DNA of 64,000 bases. Source: Pedobacter sp. (lineage in GTDB: Bacteria; Bacteroidota; Bacteroidia; Sphingobacteriales; Sphingobacteriaceae). The DNA is taken from positions 16,966 through 80,965 of the forward strand of contig JACMOW010000248.1 of assembly GCA_014377775.1 (NCBI GenBank). The letters are read 5' to 3'. A program made the translations under genes and the position numbers. This document shows positions 8,231 to 17,578 of the stretch, piece after piece (positions within the stretch are counted from its first letter, which is position 1; each line of letters starts with the position of its first letter). The notes below the pieces were generated by a model. The model saw only the letters and a list, made by a program, of their open reading frames with translations. It ran no database searches and was not told the DNA's origin.

Positions 8231-11137
8231 ATGCTGATAAATATAATTAAGCTAAAAAAACGGCTGGTTTTCGCTGTTTGTATACTTACCCTGTTTTCTA
8301 CAACTTTATATGCCCAAAGCTTATCTTTAAAAGGAAAGTGGCGCTTTAAAATAGATGCTAAAAGCGAAGGCTTAAAAGCAAAATGGTTTTCGACTGTTTT
8401 ATCTGAAACCATTAATTTGCCGGGTTCTATGTCCGAAAATTTAAAAGGGAATGAAATTACTTTAAAAACACAGTGGACAGGAAGCATTTACGATAGCTCT
8501 TATTTTTATAATCCGGGTTTAGCGAAATATCGACAAGCTAATAATCTAAAAATCCCTTTTTGGCTAACACCTGCAAAACATTATATTGGTATAGCGTGGT
8601 ATCAAAAGGATATTCAGATTCCAGTAAACTGGAAAGGGAAAAGAATTGTTCTATCCCTAGAATACCCCCATTCAGAAACAAGAGTGTGGATTGATGATGT
8701 TGAAATTGGAACACAATACACCTTCGTAGTCGCGCAAAATTTTGAAATCCCTACAAACATAAAGCCAGGTAAACACACCATTACCCTTCAAATTGATAAT
8801 ACCATAAAGGCAATTAATGTTGGCAAAGATTCACATAGCTTAACCGATCATACCCAAGGAAATTGGAATGGGGTGGTTGGTAAAATGGAATTACAGGCGG
8901 GTTCTTCAGTTTATGTTGAGGATATACAAGTGTATCCAGATGTGAAACGGAAAGTAGCGAAGGTTAAAATTCGATTAAAAGCCAATGGAAATGATTACTC
9001 GATCGGAACAATTACTTTATCGGCCTCAAGTTTTAACACCAAGCAAATAATTAATATAAAACCATTAATAAAAACTTACGTCATCACCAACGGTGTGGGC
9101 GCATTAGAAATAGAATTGCCAATGGGTGATAAAATTGCCACTTGGGATGAATTTGATCCTGCACTTTATCGCTTAAAAGTATCGTTAAAAAGCAAGGATG
9201 GGAAAAAGGATGAAAAACAAGTCCAATTTGGAATGCGCGAATTTAAAGCGGTAGGCAGAAGTTTTGAAATAAATGGTCGACCAGTTTTTTTACGCGGTAC
9301 TGTAAATAATTGTGAATTTCCATTAACGGGGTATCCTGCAATGGATGTAGCAGCTTGGGTTCGAATTTTTAAGATATGTAAGGATCATGGCCTTAATCAC
9401 ATGCGTTTTCACTCATGGTGCCCACCCGAAGCAGCATTTATTGCGGCTGATTTGATTGGCTTTTATTTGCAGCCCGAAGGTCCGAGTTGGGCTAATCATG
9501 GTTCGTCTATCGGTAATGGACGTCCAATAGACCAGTTTATCTATGATGAAACGAATCGTATGAGCAAAAACTATGGTAATTATGCCTCTTTTTGTATGAT
9601 GGCTTATGGCAACGAACCTAGCGGAAAGCAAGTAGAGTACCTTACTAAGTTTAACGACTACTGGAAAGCCAAGGACTCCAGAAGAATATATACAGGAGCA
9701 TCAGTAGGTGGCAGTTGGCCGATAATTCCCAATAACGAATTTATGGTTAGAGCGGGTGCTAGGGGGCTAGATTGGGGACGTAAACCTGAAAGTATCTCCA
9801 CTTACGCTAAACAAATAGAACAATTTACGGTGCCTTTTGTGGCTCACGAAATGGGGCAATATTGTGTTTTTCCTAACTTTAAAGAAATTAAAAAATATAC
9901 AGGCGTTTATCGAGCAAAAAATCTAGAGCTTTTTGAAGAGGATTTAAAAGACCATGACATGGCCAATCAAGCTGAATCGTTCTTAATGGCATCTGGAAAA
10001 CTTCAAGCTTTATGCTATAAGAATGAAATTGAAAAAGCATTAAGAACGCCAAATTATAATGGTTTTCAATTGTTATCGTTAAATGATTATCCCGGGCAAG
10101 GAACAGCGTTGATTGGTGTATTAGATGCTTTTTGGGATGAGAAAGCATACATTAAGGCAAATGAATTTAAACGCTTTTCGAATAGTACAGTACCCCTAGC
10201 TAAAATGCCAAAATTTGTGTTTACAAATGATGAAACCATGGAAGCTGATGTAGAGGTTGCGCATTTTGGAAAAAAAATCATGCAAAATGCAAAATTATCG
10301 TGGAACATTAAAGATGAAATGGGTATTATTTTAAGTAAAGGTAATTTTATACCTAAAACATTGCCTGTAACGAATTGCATCCAAATAGGGCAAATTAAAT
10401 TTGCCTTAAATCAGATCAATAGAGCAACAAAATTAAAACTTGAAGTAGTAATAAATGGAACTGAATTTGTTAATGACTGGGATTTTTGGGTATATCCAAA
10501 CACACTTCCTGTTGTAAAGACAGATGTATACTACACCACTAGTTTTGATGATAAAGCAAAAGAAATATTAGAAAATGGCGGTAAAGTGTTTTTAAATGCG
10601 GCTGGCAAAGTGGTGAAAGGAAAGGAGGTGATTCAAACTTTTTTACCAATATTTTGGAATACTTCTTGGTTTAAAATGCGCCCACCGCATACCTTAGGGA
10701 TTGTGATTGATCCTAAAGACCCAGCACTTGCTGAGTTCCCAACGTCTTACCACAGCGATATGCAATGGTGGGAAATTGTAAATAAAACACAAGTAATGAA
10801 TTTGGAGGATTTTCCAAAGGATTTTAAACCCATTATTCAACCCATTGATACTTGGTTTTTAAATCGCCGCCTAGCTATGGTTTTTGAAGCCAGAGTGGGT
10901 AAAGGCAAACTGATCGTGTCGAGCGCTAATTTATCATCAGATTTAAGAGGAATGCCGAGTGCAAACCAGCTTTATTATAGTTTGCAAAAATATATGGTTT
11001 CAGATACATTTAACCCCAAATTCGAAGTCACATTTAACACCATTCAAGACCTTTTCGTAACCCCTTCTAAACAACAATTCGAAACGTTTACCAAGGATGC
11101 GCCTGATGAATTAAAAACGAAACCGAAAACGAATTAA
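8231..11137 (+). CDS. Large GH2-family glycoside hydrolase (sugar-binding domain plus TIM barrel), specificity uncertain
   Basis: LKGKWRF, AWYQK, NWNG, FGMREF, NHMRFHSWCPP, YGNE, HEMG. ATG 8231 preferred over TTG 8219. Confidence 0.82.
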   Translation: MLINIIKLKKRLVFAVCILTLFSTTLYAQSLSLKGKWRFKIDAKSEGLKAKWFSTVLSETINLPGSMSENLKGNEITLKTQWTGSIYDSSYFYNPGLAKYRQANNLKIPFWLTPAKHYIGIAWYQKDIQIPVNWKGKRIVLSLEYPHSETRVWIDDVEIGTQYTFVVAQNFEIPTNIKPGKHTITLQIDNTIKAINVGKDSHSLTDHTQGNWNGVVGKMELQAGSSVYVEDIQVYPDVKRKVAKVKIRLKANGNDYSIGTITLSASSFNTKQIINIKPLIKTYVITNGVGALEIELPMGDKIATWDEFDPALYRLKVSLKSKDGKKDEKQVQFGMREFKAVGRSFEINGRPVFLRGTVNNCEFPLTGYPAMDVAAWVRIFKICKDHGLNHMRFHSWCPPEAAFIAADLIGFYLQPEGPSWANHGSSIGNGRPIDQFIYDETNRMSKNYGNYASFCMMAYGNEPSGKQVEYLTKFNDYWKAKDSRRIYTGASVGGSWPIIPNNEFMVRAGARGLDWGRKPESISTYAKQIEQFTVPFVAHEMGQYCVFPNFKEIKKYTGVYRAKNLELFEEDLKDHDMANQAESFLMASGKLQALCYKNEIEKALRTPNYNGFQLLSLNDYPGQGTALIGVLDAFWDEKAYIKANEFKRFSNSTVPLAKMPKFVFTNDETMEADVEVAHFGKKIMQNAKLSWNIKDEMGIILSKGNFIPKTLPVTNCIQIGQIKFALNQINRATKLKLEVVINGTEFVNDWDFWVYPNTLPVVKTDVYYTTSFDDKAKEILENGGKVFLNAAGKVVKGKEVIQTFLPIFWNTSWFKMRPPHTLGIVIDPKDPALAEFPTSYHSDMQWWEIVNKTQVMNLEDFPKDFKPIIQPIDTWFLNRRLAMVFEARVGKGKLIVSSANLSSDLRGMPSANQLYYSLQKYMVSDTFNPKFEVTFNTIQDLFVTPSKQQFETFTKDAPDELKTKPKTN

Positions 11138-11140
11138 TAC

Positions 11141-11171
11141 AGTTTGTCAAACTTATAAAGATTGACAAACT
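11141..11171. repeat. Intergenic hairpin AGTTTGTCAA...TTGACAAACT (REP-like)
   Basis: 10-bp perfect inverted arms at 11141-11150 and 11162-11171; shares the TTTGTCAA/TTGACAAA core with the hairpin at 49634. Confidence 0.55.
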
Positions 11172-11187
11172 TAACACAGAAAATTTT

Positions 11188-12315
11188 ATGAAGAAAGCAA
11201 TAATTCTTATCACAACTCTATTTTTATTTATTACGGCAACTATTTTTGCCCAAAAAATCCCATCAAAAAAAGAGTCTATGAAGGTGATGAAAGCAACCAA
11301 TACCTATTTTATGAACAAATGGCCTGATGCTGGGAAGTCAATCTTCACCAATAAAGAAAGGCCTAGTAACATTTGGACAAGAGCGGTGTATTACGAAGGT
11401 TTAATGGCTCTATATCAATTAAACCCAGATAAACAATACTATGATTATGCCCTTCAATGGGGAGAAAAACACAAATGGGGATTAAGGAATGGCATCCAAA
11501 CCAGAAATGGAGATGACCAAGCTTGTGGACAAACTTTTATCGATTTATATAACATCGACCCGAAACCTGAACGCATAAAAGACATTAAAGCGTCAGTGGA
11601 TTTGATGATCAAATCGGGTAAGGTTAGCGATTGGACTTGGATAGATGCCTTACAAATGGCAATGCCAGTTTTTGCTAAATTAGCTGTGGTATATAAAGAC
11701 GATGCCTACTACGAATACATGTATAAAATGTACATGCATACTAAAATGATTGAAGGCGGTGGCTTATACAATGCAAAAGATGGTTTGTGGTGGCGAGATA
11801 AGGATTTTGTGCCTCCTTATAAAGAACCCAATGGTAAAAGTTGCTACTGGTCTAGAGGTAACGGCTGGGTAGTTGCCGCTTTAGTTAGGGTGTTAGAAAT
11901 TATGCCTGAAAATGCCCCGCATAGAGACGAATATTTAAAAACCTATAACGAAATGATTAAAGCTTTAGTGCCTTTGCAACGACCTGATGGTTTTTGGAAT
12001 GTAAGTTTAGTAGACCCCACTCATTTTGGTGGGAAAGAAACTTCTGGAACCGCTTTGTTTGCCTACGGAATGGCTTGGGGAGTAAATAGGGGAATTTTAG
12101 ATAAAAAAGTATATCAACCCATCATTATTAAAGCTTGGAATGGGATGACCAAAGAGGCAGCTCAAAAAACAGGTTTCCTTGGCTATATGCAAGGAACTGG
12201 GAAAGAGCCAAAAGATGGGCAACCCGTTACCTACACTAGTATGCCCGATTTTGAAGATTATGGTTTAGGCTGTTTTTTATTGGCCGGAACTGAAGTTTAT
12301 AAAATGAAGAAATAA
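11188..12315 (+). CDS. Unsaturated rhamnogalacturonyl hydrolase (GH105; GH88/105 family)
   Basis: WTRAVYYEG, WIDALQM, WSRGNGW, ETSGTA motifs; signal peptide. Acts downstream of lyases such as PL11. Confidence 0.88.
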   Translation: MKKAIILITTLFLFITATIFAQKIPSKKESMKVMKATNTYFMNKWPDAGKSIFTNKERPSNIWTRAVYYEGLMALYQLNPDKQYYDYALQWGEKHKWGLRNGIQTRNGDDQACGQTFIDLYNIDPKPERIKDIKASVDLMIKSGKVSDWTWIDALQMAMPVFAKLAVVYKDDAYYEYMYKMYMHTKMIEGGGLYNAKDGLWWRDKDFVPPYKEPNGKSCYWSRGNGWVVAALVRVLEIMPENAPHRDEYLKTYNEMIKALVPLQRPDGFWNVSLVDPTHFGGKETSGTALFAYGMAWGVNRGILDKKVYQPIIIKAWNGMTKEAAQKTGFLGYMQGTGKEPKDGQPVTYTSMPDFEDYGLGCFLLAGTEVYKMKK

Positions 12316-12317
12316 AG

Positions 12318-14810
12318 ATGAATTTTAGAAACAGTTTTTGTTTAAATTTAATCTGCGTATTGCTAGGAATATCGAATTTTATTTTAGCGCAAAAAAATAA
12401 ATCTATTGCTATATCTTATATCAATGTGCCGCTTTCTTTCCCTGTTGTGAATGAGGGAAAATCATCTGCTATTTATATCGACGAACAAGACGCTGAGGTG
12501 GTGGGTATTGCCACCGAAGCGTTTAAAAACGACATCAATTTGTTAACGAAAATAAAACCTGTAGTTTTTAAGAATAATTCCTCGTTAAGTGCCTACCCAG
12601 TTATTATAGGAACAATCGGGCAATCTTTTTATATTAATCAATTGGCTAAAGCGGGAAAAATAAACAAAGCAACTTTGCTTGGTAAATGGGAAACCTTCTC
12701 TATTTCCGTAATCGAAAACCCTTTAAAAGGGGTGAAAAGAGCATTGGTAATTGCTGGTAGCGATAGAAGGGGGACTGCTTTTGGCGTTTTTGAACTTTCG
12801 AGAATGCTCGGCGTTTCGCCATTGTACTGGTGGGCAGATGTTAAACCTGCACATAAACCTAGATTATTTGTAACTGCAGGAGAAAATTTAATGGGTCCGC
12901 CTTCGGTAAAATATCGTGGTATTTTTATTAACGATGAAGATTGGGGCATACAGCCATGGGCAGCGAATAAAATGGATACTGATGTAAAAGACCTTGGTCC
13001 TAAAGCGTATACGAAAATATTTGAGTTGTTGCTACGGTTAAAAGCTAATTACATTTGGCCGGGTATGCACTCTTCTACTAAGGCTTTTTACCACTACGCC
13101 AACAACCCGATTATTGCCGACAAATACGGAATTGTTTTAGGTGCAAGTCATTGCGAGCCCATGTTAAGAAACAATGTATTCGAATGGGCAGAGAATTTCG
13201 AACACGAATACGGTAAAAAACCGGGCGAATGGCGATACGATTTAAACAAAAATGAAATTGCAACCTATTGGACAGATCGAGTAAAGCAATCCAAAAATTT
13301 TGAGTCTGTCTATACAGTAGGTATGCGAGGTATACACGATGGGAGCATGCCCGGACCAAAAGATAAAAATGAAAAAGTTAAGCTTTTAGGTGAAGTGATA
13401 AAAGACCAAAGGAATATTTTAAGTGCCAATTTATCGCGACCTATGAATACGGTTCCACAAATATTTTGCCCCTATAAAGAAGTGTTGTCTCTCTATCAGG
13501 CCGGTTTAGAATTGCCAGACGATGTAACCATTGTTTGGGCCGATGATAATCATGGCTACATTCGCCAGCTTTCGAATACAGAAGAGCAAAAACGCTCTGG
13601 AGGCAGTGGAGTATATTATCATATCTCGTACTGGGGGGCTCCTCATGATTATTTGTGGCTTTCTTCTACTTCGCCTTCTTTAATTTCTTACGAATTAACA
13701 AAAGCCTATCAATATAAAGCAGATCGATTGTGGGTAATTAATGTTGGTGATATTAAACCTGCAGAGATGGAAACCCAGTTTGCCATGGATTTGGCTTGGG
13801 ATGTAACGAAGTGGACCCCTGAAAAGGCGCATCGTTATGCCGAAAGTTGGGCTACCGAAACCTTTGGTGCTCCATTTGCAAACAAAATAGCGGCCATAAA
13901 AGCAGTATATTATCGTTTGGCGCAATCGGCAAAGCCCGAACACATGAGCTCTGTTAATTTTACTGATGCAGAAGCGGATCAAAGATTGGACGATTATGAA
14001 GTAATTTATAAGGACGCATTAGCCCTAAATGAAAAAATACCCGGAAGCTTAAAAGATGCTTACTTCGAGCTAATTCTTTATCCTGTGGAAGGCGCATATT
14101 TGATGAATCAAAAAATACTTTATGCGAAGAAAAGTTTAGCAAATGTCGATAATAAAGCATTATTGTATGCTCAAAAATCAAAAGATGCCTTCGAACAAAT
14201 TAAAAAAATAACCTTAAAGTATAACGAAGAAATCGCAGGTGGGAAATGGGATGGAATGATGGATTACCGACCACGTAAACTTCCCGTTTTTGATATGCCA
14301 AAAGTGGCTACATCAGCAGTTGAAACGAGATCAATTCGAATAAAAGCAGATGCGAGACAATTTATCGGGGCGACCACGTTTGTCGATAAATCATCACCCA
14401 ATGGTACATCACTAAATATAGTTCCCGGATTAGGCTTAAGTGGAAGAGGAATTTCCGTTTTTCCATTAAATTTCCCCTCGGTTAAAGATAATGAACTCGA
14501 AAAAGCTGCATTTGCAACCTATAACGTCATTATAAAAACTGCAGGAGAGCATCATATCGAAGTAAAATGTTTACCTACTCAAGGCGTTATTAAAGGTAGT
14601 AAAGTACGTTACGCTATTAGTGTTAATAACGATAAACCTCAAGTTATAAATGTTTCTCCAGCTTCTGAAAATGGCGTCTGGAAACAAAATGTGCTTCAAG
14701 GCTTTGCTTCTGGAATAACCAAACATCAAATTACGAATAAAGGCACTATAACCATTAAAATCTATCTGCTCGATCCTGGTACAGTGATCAATCAATTGGA
14801 AATACAATAA
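12318..14810 (+). CDS. GH115 glycoside hydrolase (alpha-glucuronidase family)
   Basis: GSDRRGTAFG, PSVKYRGIFINDE, LRLKANYIWP, GMRGIHD, WADDNHGY, NVGDIKPAE. Confidence 0.92.
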   Translation: MNFRNSFCLNLICVLLGISNFILAQKNKSIAISYINVPLSFPVVNEGKSSAIYIDEQDAEVVGIATEAFKNDINLLTKIKPVVFKNNSSLSAYPVIIGTIGQSFYINQLAKAGKINKATLLGKWETFSISVIENPLKGVKRALVIAGSDRRGTAFGVFELSRMLGVSPLYWWADVKPAHKPRLFVTAGENLMGPPSVKYRGIFINDEDWGIQPWAANKMDTDVKDLGPKAYTKIFELLLRLKANYIWPGMHSSTKAFYHYANNPIIADKYGIVLGASHCEPMLRNNVFEWAENFEHEYGKKPGEWRYDLNKNEIATYWTDRVKQSKNFESVYTVGMRGIHDGSMPGPKDKNEKVKLLGEVIKDQRNILSANLSRPMNTVPQIFCPYKEVLSLYQAGLELPDDVTIVWADDNHGYIRQLSNTEEQKRSGGSGVYYHISYWGAPHDYLWLSSTSPSLISYELTKAYQYKADRLWVINVGDIKPAEMETQFAMDLAWDVTKWTPEKAHRYAESWATETFGAPFANKIAAIKAVYYRLAQSAKPEHMSSVNFTDAEADQRLDDYEVIYKDALALNEKIPGSLKDAYFELILYPVEGAYLMNQKILYAKKSLANVDNKALLYAQKSKDAFEQIKKITLKYNEEIAGGKWDGMMDYRPRKLPVFDMPKVATSAVETRSIRIKADARQFIGATTFVDKSSPNGTSLNIVPGLGLSGRGISVFPLNFPSVKDNELEKAAFATYNVIIKTAGEHHIEVKCLPTQGVIKGSKVRYAISVNNDKPQVINVSPASENGVWKQNVLQGFASGITKHQITNKGTITIKIYLLDPGTVINQLEIQ

Positions 14811-14812
14811 AT

Positions 14813-17263
14813 ATGATTAAATCTTTATCTATAACGTTATTTTTAATGCTAATCACAATAGTTAGCAACGCTCAAACTATTGGTGGCTACACGTCTATGT
14901 TTAAAAAAAAGGAAAATATCTTATCAATTTTAACAACAAATGGAGCGGTTAAAATTGAATTTTGTACGCCAGAAATTTTTAGGGTAAGAGCAAGTTGGAA
15001 TGGTAAATTTGAGGCCGACGAAAAACTAATGGTTAATAATTACAATTGGCCACTAGTAACTTTGAAAGTTGAAGATAAAAAAGATCACTTTTTGTTAAAG
15101 ACCACCAAACTGATTGTTAAACTCTATAAAAATCCTTTTAAAGTTGATGTATTCGATGCTAAAGGAAAAGTATTGAGTGCCGATCAAAATGGAATGTTAA
15201 AAGATGGAAGGGCTGTTATAGTAACTAAGAAATTAGCGGCTGAGGAACATTTTTTCGGCTTTGGTGAACGTATGGATTTTATGGATCGCCGAAGTAAAAA
15301 GTTAAATTTAAATGTAGGCAGGGGAAAAGGTTTGCCACATGCTATCGGTGCATATAATATTTTGGAGGCTAATTATTGCCCAATTCCATTTTTCATGAGC
15401 ACAAAGGGCTATGGCATATTTATGCATAATTCTTTTGCTACAGATTGGGATATGGGGGCAAGCAAAAATGATCAATACAGTTTTATGGCAGTTGACGGGG
15501 AGTTAGATTACTATTTTATTTATGGTCCAACTTTCCGTAACATCCTAAATAGTTACACTTCCATCACTGGAAAATCACCAATGTTGCCGCAATTTGCTTT
15601 AGGCTTACACGCAGGTACATATAGCGGTGGTACATGGGGATATGAAGCTGAAAGCTCAGATCATTATGTGGTAGAATTAGCAAAAAAATACAGAGAATTG
15701 GGTATTCCAGTCGATTTATTTTGGTTAGACTCTACTTGGCGTTTATTTGGCGAAAATGGAGGTAAGGGCGCAACGACTTTCGAGTGGAGAGAGACATTTA
15801 AAAATCCAAAATCGATGTTCGATAGCCTTTATGCCATGAATTTTAAAATGGTGGGTTTGCATATCAGGCCGAGATTTGATAATGCTAAAAAATTGAATTT
15901 GTTAGATCAAGCACGAGCTAAAGGCTACACATATCCCGAAAATGGTAAACCAGGCGAATTCGTGAATTTCTTCGATTCGACAGCCGTAAAGTGGTGGTGG
16001 CAAAATGGGGTGATGAAAGTAGCTAACCTTGGTGCAAAATTCTTAAAAACAGACGAAGGTAGTGCATTTGGTGCATTAGCCAACGAAAGTGAAAAAGTTG
16101 GGCCAACAGGAGAAGAAGCCGAAAAGTTACATAATGTTTTTCCAATCGCCTATGCGAAAGCGCCATTTGAAGCGTTCGAAAAATTTAATGGGTTTAGAGG
16201 TTTAAATCAAACTCGCGAAGGCTATTCAGGCATTCAACGTTATCCTTATATTTTTGCTGGCGATTGGCCTAGTGAATGGCAATATTTTGCGCCAGTAATT
16301 AAGGCAGGATTAAACATAGGCTTGTCTGGCGTAGGTACTTGGGCACATTGCATGGGTGGTTTTGAGCATCAAGCTGATCCAGAATTATACATTCGCTGGG
16401 TGCAGTTTGGAATGTTTAGTCCAATAGCATTAATTTTTGGAATGGATCATCCCGGTTACAAAGAACCTTGGAAATACGGAGAAGATGCTCTTCGTAATTT
16501 TAAAAAGTACGATTTACTTCGTTATCGCTTATTTCCATACCTCTACACCACAATGCATCAGCAATACGAAACTGGAGTACCAATGATGAGGGCTTTAATA
16601 TTGGATAACCAAGAGGATGAAAATGTATACGAAATAGCCGATCAATATCTATTTGGCGATCATTTAATGATTGCACCTGTTACTACCAAGGGCGCCATAA
16701 CAAGATCAGTTTATTTGCCAAAGGGAATCTGGTTTAACTATTGGACTGGACAAAAATACGAGGGCAAAGCATATCACCATGTAGTAGCACCTTTAGATAC
16801 GCTTCCAATTTTTGTAAAGGGTGGTAGCATTATTCCGATGCAGCCCGAAATGCGCTACAGCGGCGAAAAACCAATTGATGTAATTACGCTGGCCATTTTT
16901 CCTTACGGAAAATCGACCTATAATCTGTATGAAGATGATAATTTAAGCTTAAATTATCAGGCTGGGAACTTTTCGCTCACAAAAATTAGCTCCAATTTAT
17001 TAGGTGTTAACCTAACCCTAAACATTGATGTGCCATTTGGTAAATTTAAACCAAGCGAGCATAGCTACTTAACCGAAATACATTGGGCAAATAACACCCA
17101 ACCAAAATCGGTTACAGAAAATGATAAAAAACTTATAGCAGTTAACTCAGTAGCAATATTAAGCAGCCAATCTGGGTGGTTTTATGATGTAAAAAGCAAG
17201 ATATTGTGGATTAAAACAATTGGAAAAAATAATAATGACATTAAACTTAATATTAACCAATGA
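14813..17263 (+). CDS. GH31 alpha-glycosidase
   Basis: FFGFGE, IPFFMS, IPVDLFWLD, nucleophile region FLKTDEG, FAGD, ELYIRWVQFG, QYLFGD. Confidence 0.88.
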   Translation: MIKSLSITLFLMLITIVSNAQTIGGYTSMFKKKENILSILTTNGAVKIEFCTPEIFRVRASWNGKFEADEKLMVNNYNWPLVTLKVEDKKDHFLLKTTKLIVKLYKNPFKVDVFDAKGKVLSADQNGMLKDGRAVIVTKKLAAEEHFFGFGERMDFMDRRSKKLNLNVGRGKGLPHAIGAYNILEANYCPIPFFMSTKGYGIFMHNSFATDWDMGASKNDQYSFMAVDGELDYYFIYGPTFRNILNSYTSITGKSPMLPQFALGLHAGTYSGGTWGYEAESSDHYVVELAKKYRELGIPVDLFWLDSTWRLFGENGGKGATTFEWRETFKNPKSMFDSLYAMNFKMVGLHIRPRFDNAKKLNLLDQARAKGYTYPENGKPGEFVNFFDSTAVKWWWQNGVMKVANLGAKFLKTDEGSAFGALANESEKVGPTGEEAEKLHNVFPIAYAKAPFEAFEKFNGFRGLNQTREGYSGIQRYPYIFAGDWPSEWQYFAPVIKAGLNIGLSGVGTWAHCMGGFEHQADPELYIRWVQFGMFSPIALIFGMDHPGYKEPWKYGEDALRNFKKYDLLRYRLFPYLYTTMHQQYETGVPMMRALILDNQEDENVYEIADQYLFGDHLMIAPVTTKGAITRSVYLPKGIWFNYWTGQKYEGKAYHHVVAPLDTLPIFVKGGSIIPMQPEMRYSGEKPIDVITLAIFPYGKSTYNLYEDDNLSLNYQAGNFSLTKISSNLLGVNLTLNIDVPFGKFKPSEHSYLTEIHWANNTQPKSVTENDKKLIAVNSVAILSSQSGWFYDVKSKILWIKTIGKNNNDIKLNINQ

Positions 17264-17568
17264 GAATCGCTTTTAAAATGAAGCTTTTACCTGGCTTTGC
17301 AACTGAATATAAAAAACGTCATGACGAAATTTGGACAGAATTATCAGCTTTGCTGAAAGAAAATGGCGTGAGTGATTATACCATTTTTTTAGATGAAGAA
17401 ACCAACATACTGTTTGCAGTTCAAAAGCAAAATGGTACGTCGTCACAAAATTTAGGTGATACAGCAATTGTACAAAAATGGTGGGCGTATATGGCCGATA
17501 TTATGGAAACCAACCCAGATAACTCGCCAACAAATAAGAGCTTAATTGAGGTTTTTCACCTAGATTAA
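17260..17568 (+). CDS. rhaM: L-rhamnose mutarotase
   Basis: AFKMKL..G...EYKKRHDEIW, YTIFLD, VQKWWAYMADIMETNPDNSP, EVFHLD. Confidence 0.93.
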   Translation: MRIAFKMKLLPGFATEYKKRHDEIWTELSALLKENGVSDYTIFLDEETNILFAVQKQNGTSSQNLGDTAIVQKWWAYMADIMETNPDNSPTNKSLIEVFHLD

Positions 17569-17578
17569 AAATTTAAAA

